From NCBI GenBank assembly GCA_030038315.1, contig JASHPD010000033.1, positions 1 through 54,504 of the forward strand: a DNA stretch of 54,504 bases, in the 5' to 3' direction. Positions 26,880 through 36,509 of this stretch are shown piece by piece. Position 1 is the stretch's first letter. Every line of letters starts with the position of its first letter. The DNA is from Acidobacteriaceae bacterium (GTDB lineage: Bacteria > Acidobacteriota > Terriglobia > Terriglobales > Acidobacteriaceae). Position numbers and translations under genes: made by a program. The notes beneath the pieces are model-generated. The model was not told the DNA's origin, made no database searches, and saw nothing but the letters and a program-made list of their open reading frames with translations.

Positions 26880-28846
26880 TCGTTAAGTTCATCGAGAATC
26901 GAAGGATGGAATCGAGCAAAGCTACCCGCATCGGCGTACTGCTCGATTACATCGCTGCCCGCGGGAAAAAGCCAGTCGACAAGGTTGAATCCGTATTTTC
27001 GTCCGGGGATTTCTATTCATCGTCATGGCATGGACAGCGCGCTGAGATGATCGCGCTGGCCCAGGAGGCGGCTCGCAGCAAAGACCCTGTCGATCACTGG
27101 ATTTTCAGTTGGAAGGAAGGCGAATCTCCGACCATCGAACAGTGTCGCGATGCTGTCACACGGCTCAAGCAGCATCTGCGGATGACTCCAGAGCATCTGA
27201 CTATGTGCGCATTGCACAAGGACACCGACAACTATCATCTTCATGTCGTGTTGAACCGCGTTCATCCTGCGACCTACCGCGTAACGGATCGGGGATGGAG
27301 CCGCATTCGGGCACATCGGGCGCTGGCGGAGATTGAGCGGGTACAGGGATGGGAGCCGGAGGCTGGCGCGCGGTATGTTTGCCGGGAAGATGGCAAGATC
27401 GTTCGCCGCTCGAATGATTCGCAGGCAACGCTCCGAGCAAGGACACGGGACCGGGAGATTGCGGCCGGCGAGAAGTCCTGTGAGCGGATTGCTATGGAAC
27501 ACGCTGCTCCAAGAGTATTTGGCGCGGAAAGCTGGCAGCAGGTCCATGACGATCTGTCCTTGATTGGGATGCGCTATGAACTGAAGGGCAGCGGGGCTGT
27601 GCTGTGGGTGGGCCAGCAGCCAATTAAGGCATCTTCTATCGGGCGGGAGTTCAGCAAGACGCGGATGGAGCAGAGGCTGGGAGCATATGAAGAAGATCGG
27701 CAAACCGGCATAAGAAAGCAGGTTCGTCTTGTGCCTCAACCACTCGACACAGATAGCGCACACTGGCAGGAGTATCGGGCAATCCGATCTCGTCGGAAAC
27801 GAGAAAAGAGCCTTGCTGTTAAACAGCAGCGCTCCAAGCATCGCGTCGAGCGCGAGACTCAGCGCGTGGAGTTCCGGGAACAACGCAGAGTGCTGATTGG
27901 AGACGGCTCGTGGCCGGGCTTAGAGCTGAATGTTGCGCGGCATCTACTGGCCGAAGAACAGCGTGGCGAACATGAGGGCCTGAAAGAGCAGCAAGAGAAG
28001 GAACGTGCAGAACTGCGCGGACGCTTTGGCCGACGCACGGGCTATGAACAATACCTGCAGGAGTGCGGAGGGGAGCATCTCGTTCGGGAATGGCGTTATC
28101 GAATTTCGCAGCCGTTGCCGGGAGAGATTTCCGGCGAGGGTGATACATCGCGAGCGGCTCGGGAGCTTCCGGGCTTCCAGGCCTCGATCGAACAATCCTC
28201 CGCCGGACGTGTGCTTGCGATTACATATCGGCGATATAGCACGCTCAATCTGATCTGCTTCCGTGATCGTGGCCGGCGAATCGAAGTCCTTGAGACCACC
28301 GATGAGGCATCCGTACTTGCTTCGCTCAAACTGGCACAACAGAAGTGGGGCACGGTACGGGTGGATGGAACAGCAGAGTTCAAGTATCTGTGCGCGAAGC
28401 TCGCCACTAAGCATGGCATAAGCATTCTGAATCGGGATTTGCAACCGCAGGTCGCGGAGGCTTCCGCCGCCGCACTGCCGAACAACACCTATGAGGTACA
28501 CAAGGCGGACATCCTGCAATATATGAAGGTTCGGAATCCGTCACAGCTCGACTGGATGATTGCCGTGCGAATGCGCGTGACCGGGCACAGCCAGGAAGCG
28601 ATTGCCAAGTCCCTTGCGGAATATGCGCCTATCGGACGTGCAGCCACGGAACGCGACTGGAATCTCTATGCAGAGCGGACTGCGCGTGCGGTCTTCGGCC
28701 CGCGCGGCGACCGCGAGACGCAACGGAATCAATCCAGGAAACCAGTATGGAGAAGCCTCGAAAAGCAGAGTTCACGGGCGGACTCGCTGACGCATAGTGC
28801 AGGAGATTCCCGCACTGGCCGGAGTAAGTCGGAGATTTCCCGGTAA
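26876..28846 (+). CDS. MOB_P conjugative relaxase (TraI/MobA(P)) with extra C-terminal domains
   Basis: MIVK start, LLDYI (catalytic Tyr), HWIFSW..GESP, LHKDTDNYHLHVVLNRVHP 3H motif. Confidence 0.93.
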   Translation: MIVKFIENRRMESSKATRIGVLLDYIAARGKKPVDKVESVFSSGDFYSSSWHGQRAEMIALAQEAARSKDPVDHWIFSWKEGESPTIEQCRDAVTRLKQHLRMTPEHLTMCALHKDTDNYHLHVVLNRVHPATYRVTDRGWSRIRAHRALAEIERVQGWEPEAGARYVCREDGKIVRRSNDSQATLRARTRDREIAAGEKSCERIAMEHAAPRVFGAESWQQVHDDLSLIGMRYELKGSGAVLWVGQQPIKASSIGREFSKTRMEQRLGAYEEDRQTGIRKQVRLVPQPLDTDSAHWQEYRAIRSRRKREKSLAVKQQRSKHRVERETQRVEFREQRRVLIGDGSWPGLELNVARHLLAEEQRGEHEGLKEQQEKERAELRGRFGRRTGYEQYLQECGGEHLVREWRYRISQPLPGEISGEGDTSRAARELPGFQASIEQSSAGRVLAITYRRYSTLNLICFRDRGRRIEVLETTDEASVLASLKLAQQKWGTVRVDGTAEFKYLCAKLATKHGISILNRDLQPQVAEASAAALPNNTYEVHKADILQYMKVRNPSQLDWMIAVRMRVTGHSQEAIAKSLAEYAPIGRAATERDWNLYAERTARAVFGPRGDRETQRNQSRKPVWRSLEKQSSRADSLTHSAGDSRTGRSKSEISR

Positions 28847-28896
28847 ACCAGCGCGACGTCCCACTTAAATTACCCTAGCCCCTAAACGATTTCATC

Positions 28897-29799
28897 TTGC
28901 CTGCCGATTCTGTCGATATGAGATTCCGGAGGCCAGCAAGGATGAGGATGAGGCAATGGACCGAATCAGATGCCGCTACATGGCTTGAACAGTTGACCAA
29001 TTTCGAGATTGTAGGCGACGAAGTCCGTATGAAATGGGATTGGATAGCTCCCGGCTGGCTGTATGAGCCCTATAAATCCCATGCAACCCGCTTGATCGAA
29101 TACGCGCTTCGGAGTACAGAATTGCAGCGAGCTATCGAAGATATGGCCGGCCCGCGCGTCCATCTATCGGGATTGCTCTGGCTCATCTGGGAGTATGTAC
29201 ATCTCGACACACACACCACGGAATTTGACGAGGAGAGGGAAACCATACGTACCTTTCTCGCGCGAATTCCACGGATTAATACGGCCCTGCAAAAACTTCG
29301 GATGAAGGTGGTCGAATTGCGCAACTATGCCAATGAGCGAGATGAGTCTATTGCAGTGCGATTCGCCAGAGACTACGAACCGCCCGTATCGCATTTCGCG
29401 GACTCTGAAGTGAATCGGCTCTCCCGTGTTGTCGATCTACTAGGCGAGTTGACGGATGAGCTTGAATGGTCACGGTGTCGGTTATGGAAACCAATGCAGC
29501 CGGAGATGACTGCTGGTCAAGTCCAGAGATTTACTCTTTACTTCCTCTTTTACGTCGTGGACCAGATGAAGGGAAATCGATACTGGAAGCGCGTTACGGA
29601 GATCATGAATGCCGTCTCCTATCTCCAGGGACATCGGGCGGACAGATACGATGCAGAGACTATCGAAGAAGGCTATAAGGCAATGCGAAAGGACCGCGAG
29701 AACTATCAACAGTCCGTGAAGGAATGGGAGATACTGATCTGGACCAAGCGTAAGGAGATGGCGCTAGCTCTTGAAAGGTTCGCGCTCAACCATCCGTAG
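28897..29799 (+). CDS. Hypothetical helical protein (start uncertain)
   Basis: Long ORF with protein-like composition; no motif recognised. Confidence 0.7.
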   Translation: MPADSVDMRFRRPARMRMRQWTESDAATWLEQLTNFEIVGDEVRMKWDWIAPGWLYEPYKSHATRLIEYALRSTELQRAIEDMAGPRVHLSGLLWLIWEYVHLDTHTTEFDEERETIRTFLARIPRINTALQKLRMKVVELRNYANERDESIAVRFARDYEPPVSHFADSEVNRLSRVVDLLGELTDELEWSRCRLWKPMQPEMTAGQVQRFTLYFLFYVVDQMKGNRYWKRVTEIMNAVSYLQGHRADRYDAETIEEGYKAMRKDRENYQQSVKEWEILIWTKRKEMALALERFALNHP

Positions 29800-29859
29800 A
29801 TTCTGTGCCTTGATTATTCAAGAAGCAATCCCATCGGAGTTTATTTTTCCCATAGGAGT

Positions 29860-30414
29860 TTATTTTTCGAGCGCTAGCATTCGCACGGCTATAAACGCCC
29901 CGGCATTTTCCTCCGGCGAGGACAGATCTCTGAGCAAGTCGAATGCTTCTTCCTCGCCAATTTCCCCATTCCGAAGCCGGCCCAGGATTCGTGTGCTCTC
30001 CATCTTGTACGGCGACCAGCTAGGCTCCTGCCGGGTCGCACAGTGGCCCGGATAGCGGCCGTGCGCCGGGAAGGAAATCCCCAGCAGCGAAGCATCCTCC
30101 TGAAACATCTTGGCGATTCCACGATCCACCGAATTCAGATACTCGCTGGGAAAATCTCGCGTGACCTCTGCACTCATGCCGCCCTCAAAATGCAAGGTCA
30201 GCGAGGGCATGTCCGGGATCCGTTCCAGTATGCTGTCCAACTCGCGCATAGTATCCGGCGAAATCTCCCCCGGCCAGTGGCCTTCGACCTTCAACTGCCA
30301 GCTTCGCCGGAGCGGCTCCAACTCACGCAGCAGATCGATGTTGTCCCCGATATACGATGACTCCATACAACCTCCCTGTCCAGCGCAAAACGCCAGAAGC
30401 AACACATGATTCAA
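29860..30414 (-). CDS. Hypothetical acidic protein (start uncertain, possibly MESSYIG after GGAGG)
   Basis: Largest ORF in the interval; divergent from the excisionase. Confidence 0.6.
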   Translation of the reverse strand: MNHVLLLAFCAGQGGCMESSYIGDNIDLLRELEPLRRSWQLKVEGHWPGEISPDTMRELDSILERIPDMPSLTLHFEGGMSAEVTRDFPSEYLNSVDRGIAKMFQEDASLLGISFPAHGRYPGHCATRQEPSWSPYKMESTRILGRLRNGEIGEEEAFDLLRDLSSPEENAGAFIAVRMLALEK

Positions 30415-30677
30415 GAACTTCCTGATGGGCTCAGAACGAGGAGTAGGTGAGAAAAGTAATGCGTGTGTAGGTGCAGCCGCCCGCTTTTCCTCGTATTTCT
30501 ATTATAGCTTTTCCTAACTTGTTGAGTTACCGAAATCCCGCGCCCGTCTGCCCTGCCTGATTATGAGACAGATTGAACTGTTAAGCGTGTCCGCGTATGC
30601 AACAGGGTATTTTGGCAACGCAATGCGCGACGACTTTACTATCTCGTGCACTTGCGCGCATCGCCGTTGCAATGCGC

Positions 30678-30902
30678 ATGAACACTACAACCTCACTACT
30701 CCATCCACCGCAGCATCCCTTTGAGAAGCTCCTCTACTCTCGAAGGGAAGCTGCACACATCCTGTCCATATCCATCCGCCTCCTCGATTACCTGATCGAA
30801 AAGCGGAGGATCGCAACCCGTCGAATCGGAAGACGCGTTCTCATCACAAGGGCGGCTTTGGTCGCCTTTATCCGTGGAGAACAAAGTTTCGGAAACCGAT
30901 AA
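30678..30902 (+). CDS. Excisionase-family HTH protein
   Basis: LLYSRREAAHILSIS..RRIGRRVLI HTH_17-like motif directly upstream of the integrase. Confidence 0.85.
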   Translation: MNTTTSLLHPPQHPFEKLLYSRREAAHILSISIRLLDYLIEKRRIATRRIGRRVLITRAALVAFIRGEQSFGNR

Positions 30903-30996
30903 ACGACGGCATCTGGAACCAGCAGCGCGACTATGCAACACTGGAGTCCGCTGCTGTGTTCTGCCAGGACATAACAGACTTCATGGACAAGGAGCT

Positions 30997-32124
30997 ATGG
31001 CTAAAGAACAGGAAAACAAAACGCGAGGTGTCTTTGAAAAGGTTCCCGGCTCCGGTGTCTGGTGGATTCAGTATTTCGATACTGAGGGTCGCCGTCATCG
31101 GGAAAGAGTAGGGCGCAAAAGTTCAGCCATCACGCTGTACCAGAAGCGCCGCACAGAGATTGTGGAAGGCAAGAAACTGCCGATTCTTCGGAACGTAGTA
31201 GTCATCCGTTTCGAGGACATCGCCAAAGATGCGCTGGAGTATTCACGCTCTCACAAAATCAGCTTTGAGGATGACCAGATTCGCATGAATCACGTTCTGG
31301 CAGAGTTCGGTGGACGACCGGCGGATGCAATCCGCCCACGCGACATCGAGCGTTGGCTGAACGGTCTCAAACGCAAAGTTGGCAAGGAGCAGGTTCCACT
31401 AAAGCCCGCCACACTCAACCGCTATCGCGCGCTGCTATCGCTGGTCTTTCGGGTAGCCGTGCAAAACGGCAAAGTGCCAACTAACCCCGCGCGGCTTGTT
31501 CGCCCACGGCGCGAAAACAACGCTGTGATCCGCTACCTGCTTCCCGACGAGGAACGGAAACTGCGGATTGCCGTACTGGAGAAATGCCCGCATCATCTGC
31601 CGGAGCTTGATTTGGCGCTCAACACGGGGATGCGGCTCAGTGAGCAGTACAACCTGACCTGGGAACAGATCGACTTCGAGCGGAGGCTCATCACCATCCC
31701 CCGCAGCAAGCATGGCGATCCCCGGTTCATCGAACTCAACGATTCTGCGATTGCGGCGCTCAAGACGGCCCAAAAGCAGGCAAACGACAGTCCAGATGTC
31801 TTTCTGAACTGCTATGGCGAGAAGCTCTCCAATCCGCGTGCATGGTTTGAAGCGGCTCTCAAAAAAGCTGGAATCCAGAAATTCACATGGCACTGCCTGC
31901 GACACACCTTTGCCAGCCGGTTAGTCATGGCTGGCGTTGACCTGCGCACCGTCCAGGAACTGATGGGCCACAAAACCATCCAGATGACCTGCCGGTACGC
32001 CCACCTCGCACCCAAGCACAGACTGGATGCAGTCCAGCGGCTGTGCGATACTAGGGAGACTCAGGAGACAGGTGCCACCACTACTGCCACCAGCACTCTT
32101 GAGGCCACAGCAACGATGCAATAG
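30997..32124 (+). CDS. Tyrosine recombinase/integrase
   Basis: TGMRLSE, SKHG, HCLRHTFAS, LMGHK and RYAH catalytic motifs; AAGGAG RBS. Confidence 0.96.
   Translation: MAKEQENKTRGVFEKVPGSGVWWIQYFDTEGRRHRERVGRKSSAITLYQKRRTEIVEGKKLPILRNVVVIRFEDIAKDALEYSRSHKISFEDDQIRMNHVLAEFGGRPADAIRPRDIERWLNGLKRKVGKEQVPLKPATLNRYRALLSLVFRVAVQNGKVPTNPARLVRPRRENNAVIRYLLPDEERKLRIAVLEKCPHHLPELDLALNTGMRLSEQYNLTWEQIDFERRLITIPRSKHGDPRFIELNDSAIAALKTAQKQANDSPDVFLNCYGEKLSNPRAWFEAALKKAGIQKFTWHCLRHTFASRLVMAGVDLRTVQELMGHKTIQMTCRYAHLAPKHRLDAVQRLCDTRETQETGATTTATSTLEATATMQ
32073..32092 (+). promoter_or_regulatory. Putative integrase arm-type sites (right)
   Basis: TGCCACCA-ctac-TGCCACCA within the 3' end of the integrase gene. 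Confidence 0.7.
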
Positions 32125-32166
32125 GTTTCAAGTAAGCTATTGAATTAACTAAAGTTGCAGTGCAGA

Positions 32167-32254
32167 GCCGGGATGGCGGAACTGGCAGACGCAGCGGACT
32201 CAAAATCCGCCGACCCTTGCGGTCATGGGGGTTCGACCCCCCCTCCCGGCACCA
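32167..32254 (+). tRNA. tRNA-Leu(CAA), intact copy at attR
   Basis: Acceptor GCCGGGA/TCCCGGC, anticodon stem GCGGA-CTCAAAA-TCCGC, long variable arm, GTTCGAC T-loop, encoded CCA. Confidence 0.97.
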
Positions 32255-32403
32255 AACCAGCCAGAAATCACACCTTTCCGCCGGCAGTGCATCCTTTCGC
32301 GGCACAGCGGCTCATCCCGCACCCGGACAAGCGTCTTCTCTTTCATATCTTCGAAGAATCCAACACTGCCGAGGCAGTTCCAAAGACCAGGAAATCGTCC
32401 GAG

Positions 32404-33195
32404 TTACTGAACCGGTTCGGTAACCTGAGCGGTGCGACGGGGCACAGCTACGACTTCGTGATATTGCAGCGCGGTGGAGTGCTCAGGCATGAGGCTGGAG
32501 CAGAGGGTGGAGAGCAGAATACGCATGTCGGAAATGAAGGTCGCGCTCATCATGTATTGCGCGTCAATCCTAGCCTTCAAAGGCTTGATCTGCTCGTGAT
32601 AGAACGTCTCGATCTCGCCTGGAGCCACGCAGGCCAGAATCTCTTCCTCGCGCCGGAAGGCCAGCGTCGCGGCTCCGGTAATTCCGGGGCGATACTCCGG
32701 GCTCAGCTCATCCGCATATTCGAGCAGCTTCGGCCGGGGGCCCACCACGCTCATGTCCCCACGCAGAATGTTGTAGAACTGCGGCAGCTCGTCCAGCTTC
32801 AGCTTGCGCAGCCAGCCCCCAATCCACGTAATCCGCGCGTCGCCGGAATGCGTCAGTCCGACGCCCCGCGGCCCACGCGGAACCACCATGCTGCGGAACT
32901 TGTAGATGGTGAACATGCGCCCATGCCGGCCCACCCGCTTTTGCGCAAAGATTGCCGGCCCGTCGGAGGTGAGACGGATGCAGGCGGCAATCAACAGCAT
33001 CGGGATGCTGAACACAGACAGAACAGAGACAGAGAGCAGGACGTCAAACAGCCGCTTCGATCCGGAAATGCTCCAGCCGGCGGCATCCGCGTGCGTAACC
33101 TGTCCTTCCTGGACGGCTCCGAAACCCTGGACGGAATCCTCCGTTTCGCGTTTCATTTCGCTCAGAATGTCCACCAGCGAATAGTTGGAACTCAT
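32404..33195 (-). CDS. Bacterial sugar transferase (initiating phosphoglycosyltransferase)
   Basis: [45 protein letters not shown]. Confidence 0.93.
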   Translation of the reverse strand: MSSNYSLVDILSEMKRETEDSVQGFGAVQEGQVTHADAAGWSISGSKRLFDVLLSVSVLSVFSIPMLLIAACIRLTSDGPAIFAQKRVGRHGRMFTIYKFRSMVVPRGPRGVGLTHSGDARITWIGGWLRKLKLDELPQFYNILRGDMSVVGPRPKLLEYADELSPEYRPGITGAATLAFRREEEILACVAPGEIETFYHEQIKPLKARIDAQYMMSATFISDMRILLSTLCSSLMPEHSTALQYHEVVAVPRRTAQVTEPVQ

Positions 33196-33531
33196 CCATT
33201 TCCCCCCGAACGAAACAGCAACACACCCCGAGGCCCGTACAGCAAGGAAAGCTAAGATTACCACATGCCTGCGACCTCTCAAGCTTTCCTGAGCCCATCG
33301 GAAAATCCATGCAAATTCACCTGCAGGAGCCTTGACCCTGAGGATAACCGGCTGAGAAATCTATAAACTTAACTACATTCCTGCCCAAATGGCCCTATCC
33401 GGCCCTGGATACTTTCATCTTTAGCAGGTAAGAACCTGCCGGGCCACAAAAAGTTGCATCTGCCGGATGCAACCCCTGTGCAGCTTTGGACCATTCCCCA
33501 AAAGGAACGTAAGACGGGAATTTCTGCCGTC

Positions 33532-36282
33532 TTACTGAATCACGCTCAAAGCAGCCGCCCCCAGGGCGAATTGCGAGAACAACTGCGACCAATCCAGGAA
33601 CCCGCGCAGCGCACCTGGCCTGAAGGTTTTTTCCGGAACCACGAGCGTATCTCCCGGATTCAGGCGCAGGCTCTCGAAATTGCTCATCCAGGGCGACGAG
33701 GAAAGGCTATCCCGGCTCACCACTTCTCCATCGGCGCGAATAATGAATTCATGACCCTTGTCCGCATTGCGGTTCGGGCCTCCGGCCAGGTGCAGGTATT
33801 TCTTTACCGTTTGATCCGGGTTGTAAAGAAACGAATTCTGGTCATATACCGCGCCGATGACGTTCACATTCGCCGGACGGGAAGGCACGATGAACGTGTC
33901 GCCGTTTTCGAGGGCAATATCCGGAATCTGGACGTTTCCCGCGCTGCCCGGCCGAAACTGCAACACAATTCTGCCCGTCGCCCGGACCTGGCGCAGCTCG
34001 GCGACAATCTGCTGTTCGTTGGTGTTGGCCATCGTGCTGCTGGACAGATCCTGCGCGGTAGAAACCGCCGAGGAGACCATGGCAAGGCTCGATCGCGCCA
34101 TCTGCATGGTGAGATTCTGCACATACTCATCCATGCGCTGCTGCTGAATGCGGCGCGTTGACTCCCGGCGGAATTCCGAACCATAGAGATACGCCTGCGG
34201 GGTCAGGCCGCCGGCCCGTTCCACAAGCTCCCGCAGCGTCTCTCCCGGCCGCGCAAGATACGTTCCCGCGTGGTTGAATTCGCCTTCCAGCCGGATCAGC
34301 TTGCTTTGCTGCGCAACCGGGAGGCGAATATCCGCCTCGGAGAAGATCGTCACTACGTCGCCGGGCTCAAGCTCAAGATCCTGCGCGCTGTCGTGCTGCA
34401 ATACGACGCGGCCAAGATCAAATGGAATGATCTCGGTCTTCAGCGTCTCGCGGTTGAGCCGCTCGATCACCGCGTAATCCCAGTCGATCTCCGGAGCCAG
34501 GAACTGAACCTCCGTTCTTGGACGCTGCGGCGTGCCGGCCGGATAGCCCGTTTGCGGGTTGGCGCCGTTATCTTCCGTCCCGGACCACTCACCCTGCTCC
34601 TGTTGCTCCGCAAGGGCGCCGTTGCTCGCCGCCGGCTGAGGCATGGACTGTCCATTGCTATTCGGCGTCTGTCCAGTCCCCGGCTGACCAGAATAGCCAT
34701 ACCCGTTCTGCGCCATGCCGCACGGTTGCATGGTGCCATTCTGGCCGTAGCCATCGTAGCCGTCCTGCGTATTCTGCGCTCCAGCCACGCCTTGCATCCC
34801 ATTCTGTGTCGTGCCGGATGGACTGTAAGGACCGTATGGACAGGTACGCGTTCCGGTCGGAGGCCACGGCTGAGCCTGCGTCGGCTGGCGTAACTGCCGC
34901 AGCCGGTCATCGGCCTCGAACTCCGGCGTAGGCAACCCGAGCTTCGCCCGGTTCCACCAGTAATCGCGCGTCAGCAGCGATTCCTTATCCGGAATCAAAT
35001 CGCTGATCCGCATACCGCTGTGCCAGCCGAACCTGCCCGGGTTGGCAGTGTTGCCCCGCAACGTAACCGTGTCCTGAAAGCGCGGCAGAATGGCCGTCAC
35101 GCGCACCAGGTCGCCATCGCGCAGCGGCGTAGCCAGCCCCGCAGCATTAAACGGCACGTTCAGCGAGCTCATATCCTGATGCCCGGCAATGCGCCCAATG
35201 GAAATCTGCGTCTGCGATGCGAGAGCCGAACCGCCGCCGGCGTCGGCCAGCAGCTCGCCCACCGTCTCCCCCGGCTTCAATTCGTAAATCCGTTGATTGC
35301 GAACGCTGCCCGTAACGGCAACCTGCGGCCCCACCGGCGGAATGAACAGTACATCGCCGGGCTCCAGCTTCGCATCCTGGCTCTTGTCGCCGCTGGTCAG
35401 GAAACGGTACAGGTCCAGCTCCGTAACCAGCTTTCCATCCCGGCGCAGCTCAATGCGGCGAAGCGACCCCTCTACCGATGGACCGCCGCTGGCAAAAAGC
35501 GCGTCCAGCAGTGTGCTCAGGGAGCTGACCGTGTACACGCCTGGATGCCGCGCCTGCCCGGTCACGTACACCTGGATAGCGCGAATCTGCCCGATGTCCA
35601 CCGTGAGCTGGAAATTGCGGTACACGCGCCCGATCGCGTCATTCAGTTGCCCCTGCAGCGACGAGAAAGCAAGCCCCGCCACATGCACCGGCCCGATATG
35701 CGGCAGATACACCTCGCCCGAGCGGTCCACGCGGAGATTGGCCTGGAAGCTGACCTGGCCCCAAACCCGAATCCGCAGCTCATCCCCCGGTCCGACAACA
35801 TAATCTGACGGCACAGGCGTCAGGTCGAGCGGCGCAAAGGTGGAGGGAACGTTGCGAAAGATCTCCGCGCCAAAGATCGGCAGAACCTGCCCGGTTGCCG
35901 CCGCCACGAACTTCTGAAACTCCGTCAGAGCCTCCGGCGCCGTCCTCTGCGGAATCCCATACATCCGCTGCCTGTTCAGCAGCTCGTTGTCGGTGTAAGT
36001 AGACGGAATCTGCGGCGAAACCTCATTCGTGCCGATCGGTGTGCCCGGCTGCAATGGGTTCTGCAACGACTGCGGTTGTGAAGAAGATGGATTGGCGCAA
36101 GCAGCCGAGCCCGCATTCGCGGGATCGAAACAATCCACTTGCGTTTGAGTGGATTGCGCATCGGAATAAGGATTTTCGGGGAGTCCCTGTTGGGGCCAGG
36201 TCGCGCACGGAACCAGCAACGCTAAAGCCAGGCCGCTGAACAGGCCATACCATTTTTGCTCTCCAAAAAATGAAAACGCCAT
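33532..36282 (-). CDS. Polysaccharide export protein with SLBB repeats (Wza/KpsD-like)
   Basis: DYVVGPGDEL Poly_export motif and repeated SLBB/AGG units; signal peptide. Confidence 0.9.
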   Translation of the reverse strand: MAFSFFGEQKWYGLFSGLALALLVPCATWPQQGLPENPYSDAQSTQTQVDCFDPANAGSAACANPSSSQPQSLQNPLQPGTPIGTNEVSPQIPSTYTDNELLNRQRMYGIPQRTAPEALTEFQKFVAAATGQVLPIFGAEIFRNVPSTFAPLDLTPVPSDYVVGPGDELRIRVWGQVSFQANLRVDRSGEVYLPHIGPVHVAGLAFSSLQGQLNDAIGRVYRNFQLTVDIGQIRAIQVYVTGQARHPGVYTVSSLSTLLDALFASGGPSVEGSLRRIELRRDGKLVTELDLYRFLTSGDKSQDAKLEPGDVLFIPPVGPQVAVTGSVRNQRIYELKPGETVGELLADAGGGSALASQTQISIGRIAGHQDMSSLNVPFNAAGLATPLRDGDLVRVTAILPRFQDTVTLRGNTANPGRFGWHSGMRISDLIPDKESLLTRDYWWNRAKLGLPTPEFEADDRLRQLRQPTQAQPWPPTGTRTCPYGPYSPSGTTQNGMQGVAGAQNTQDGYDGYGQNGTMQPCGMAQNGYGYSGQPGTGQTPNSNGQSMPQPAASNGALAEQQEQGEWSGTEDNGANPQTGYPAGTPQRPRTEVQFLAPEIDWDYAVIERLNRETLKTEIIPFDLGRVVLQHDSAQDLELEPGDVVTIFSEADIRLPVAQQSKLIRLEGEFNHAGTYLARPGETLRELVERAGGLTPQAYLYGSEFRRESTRRIQQQRMDEYVQNLTMQMARSSLAMVSSAVSTAQDLSSSTMANTNEQQIVAELRQVRATGRIVLQFRPGSAGNVQIPDIALENGDTFIVPSRPANVNVIGAVYDQNSFLYNPDQTVKKYLHLAGGPNRNADKGHEFIIRADGEVVSRDSLSSSPWMSNFESLRLNPGDTLVVPEKTFRPGALRGFLDWSQLFSQFALGAAALSVIQ

Positions 36283-36509
36283 TTAGGCACCGATTTTATC
36301 ATGCTGTCTGCAATGAGTTTCCGTTACCTGTAACGCCGGGCTTTGGAAGAATGGCGTCCATGGCCGGCAAAAGCCCCGTCTACAAGAGCGCGTTCTATTT
36401 TCGCATAGCATCCAGTTACAGAGCTGGTACTGGCTTGCTTCTGCGGCCCTTCCAGCTCGACGGCTTAAGAACCTGTAAAATACGGGAAACGCTCTGAGGA
36501 TTAGAATTC

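Larger units (their letters stand above)
13710..32207. mobile_element. Integrative mobilisable element (IME) carrying type I-C CRISPR-Cas
   Basis: Flanking 41-bp tRNA repeats; integrase and excisionase at the right end; MOB_P relaxase and oriT; no T4SS, coupling protein or phage structural genes. Confidence 0.92.

Noticed and set aside
14006-32124. CRISPR-associated transposon (RNA-guided integration)
   Set aside because: No tnsA/B/C or tniQ; Cas3 and the adaptation genes are intact; integration is explained by a tyrosine integrase and att sites
13710-32207. Prophage or self-transmissible ICE
   Set aside because: No capsid, terminase or tail genes and no VirB4, coupling protein or pilus genes
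34560-34880. G/Q/N/Y-rich stretch in the export protein
   Set aside because: Low-complexity linker with no clear DNA-level repeat or mobile-element ends
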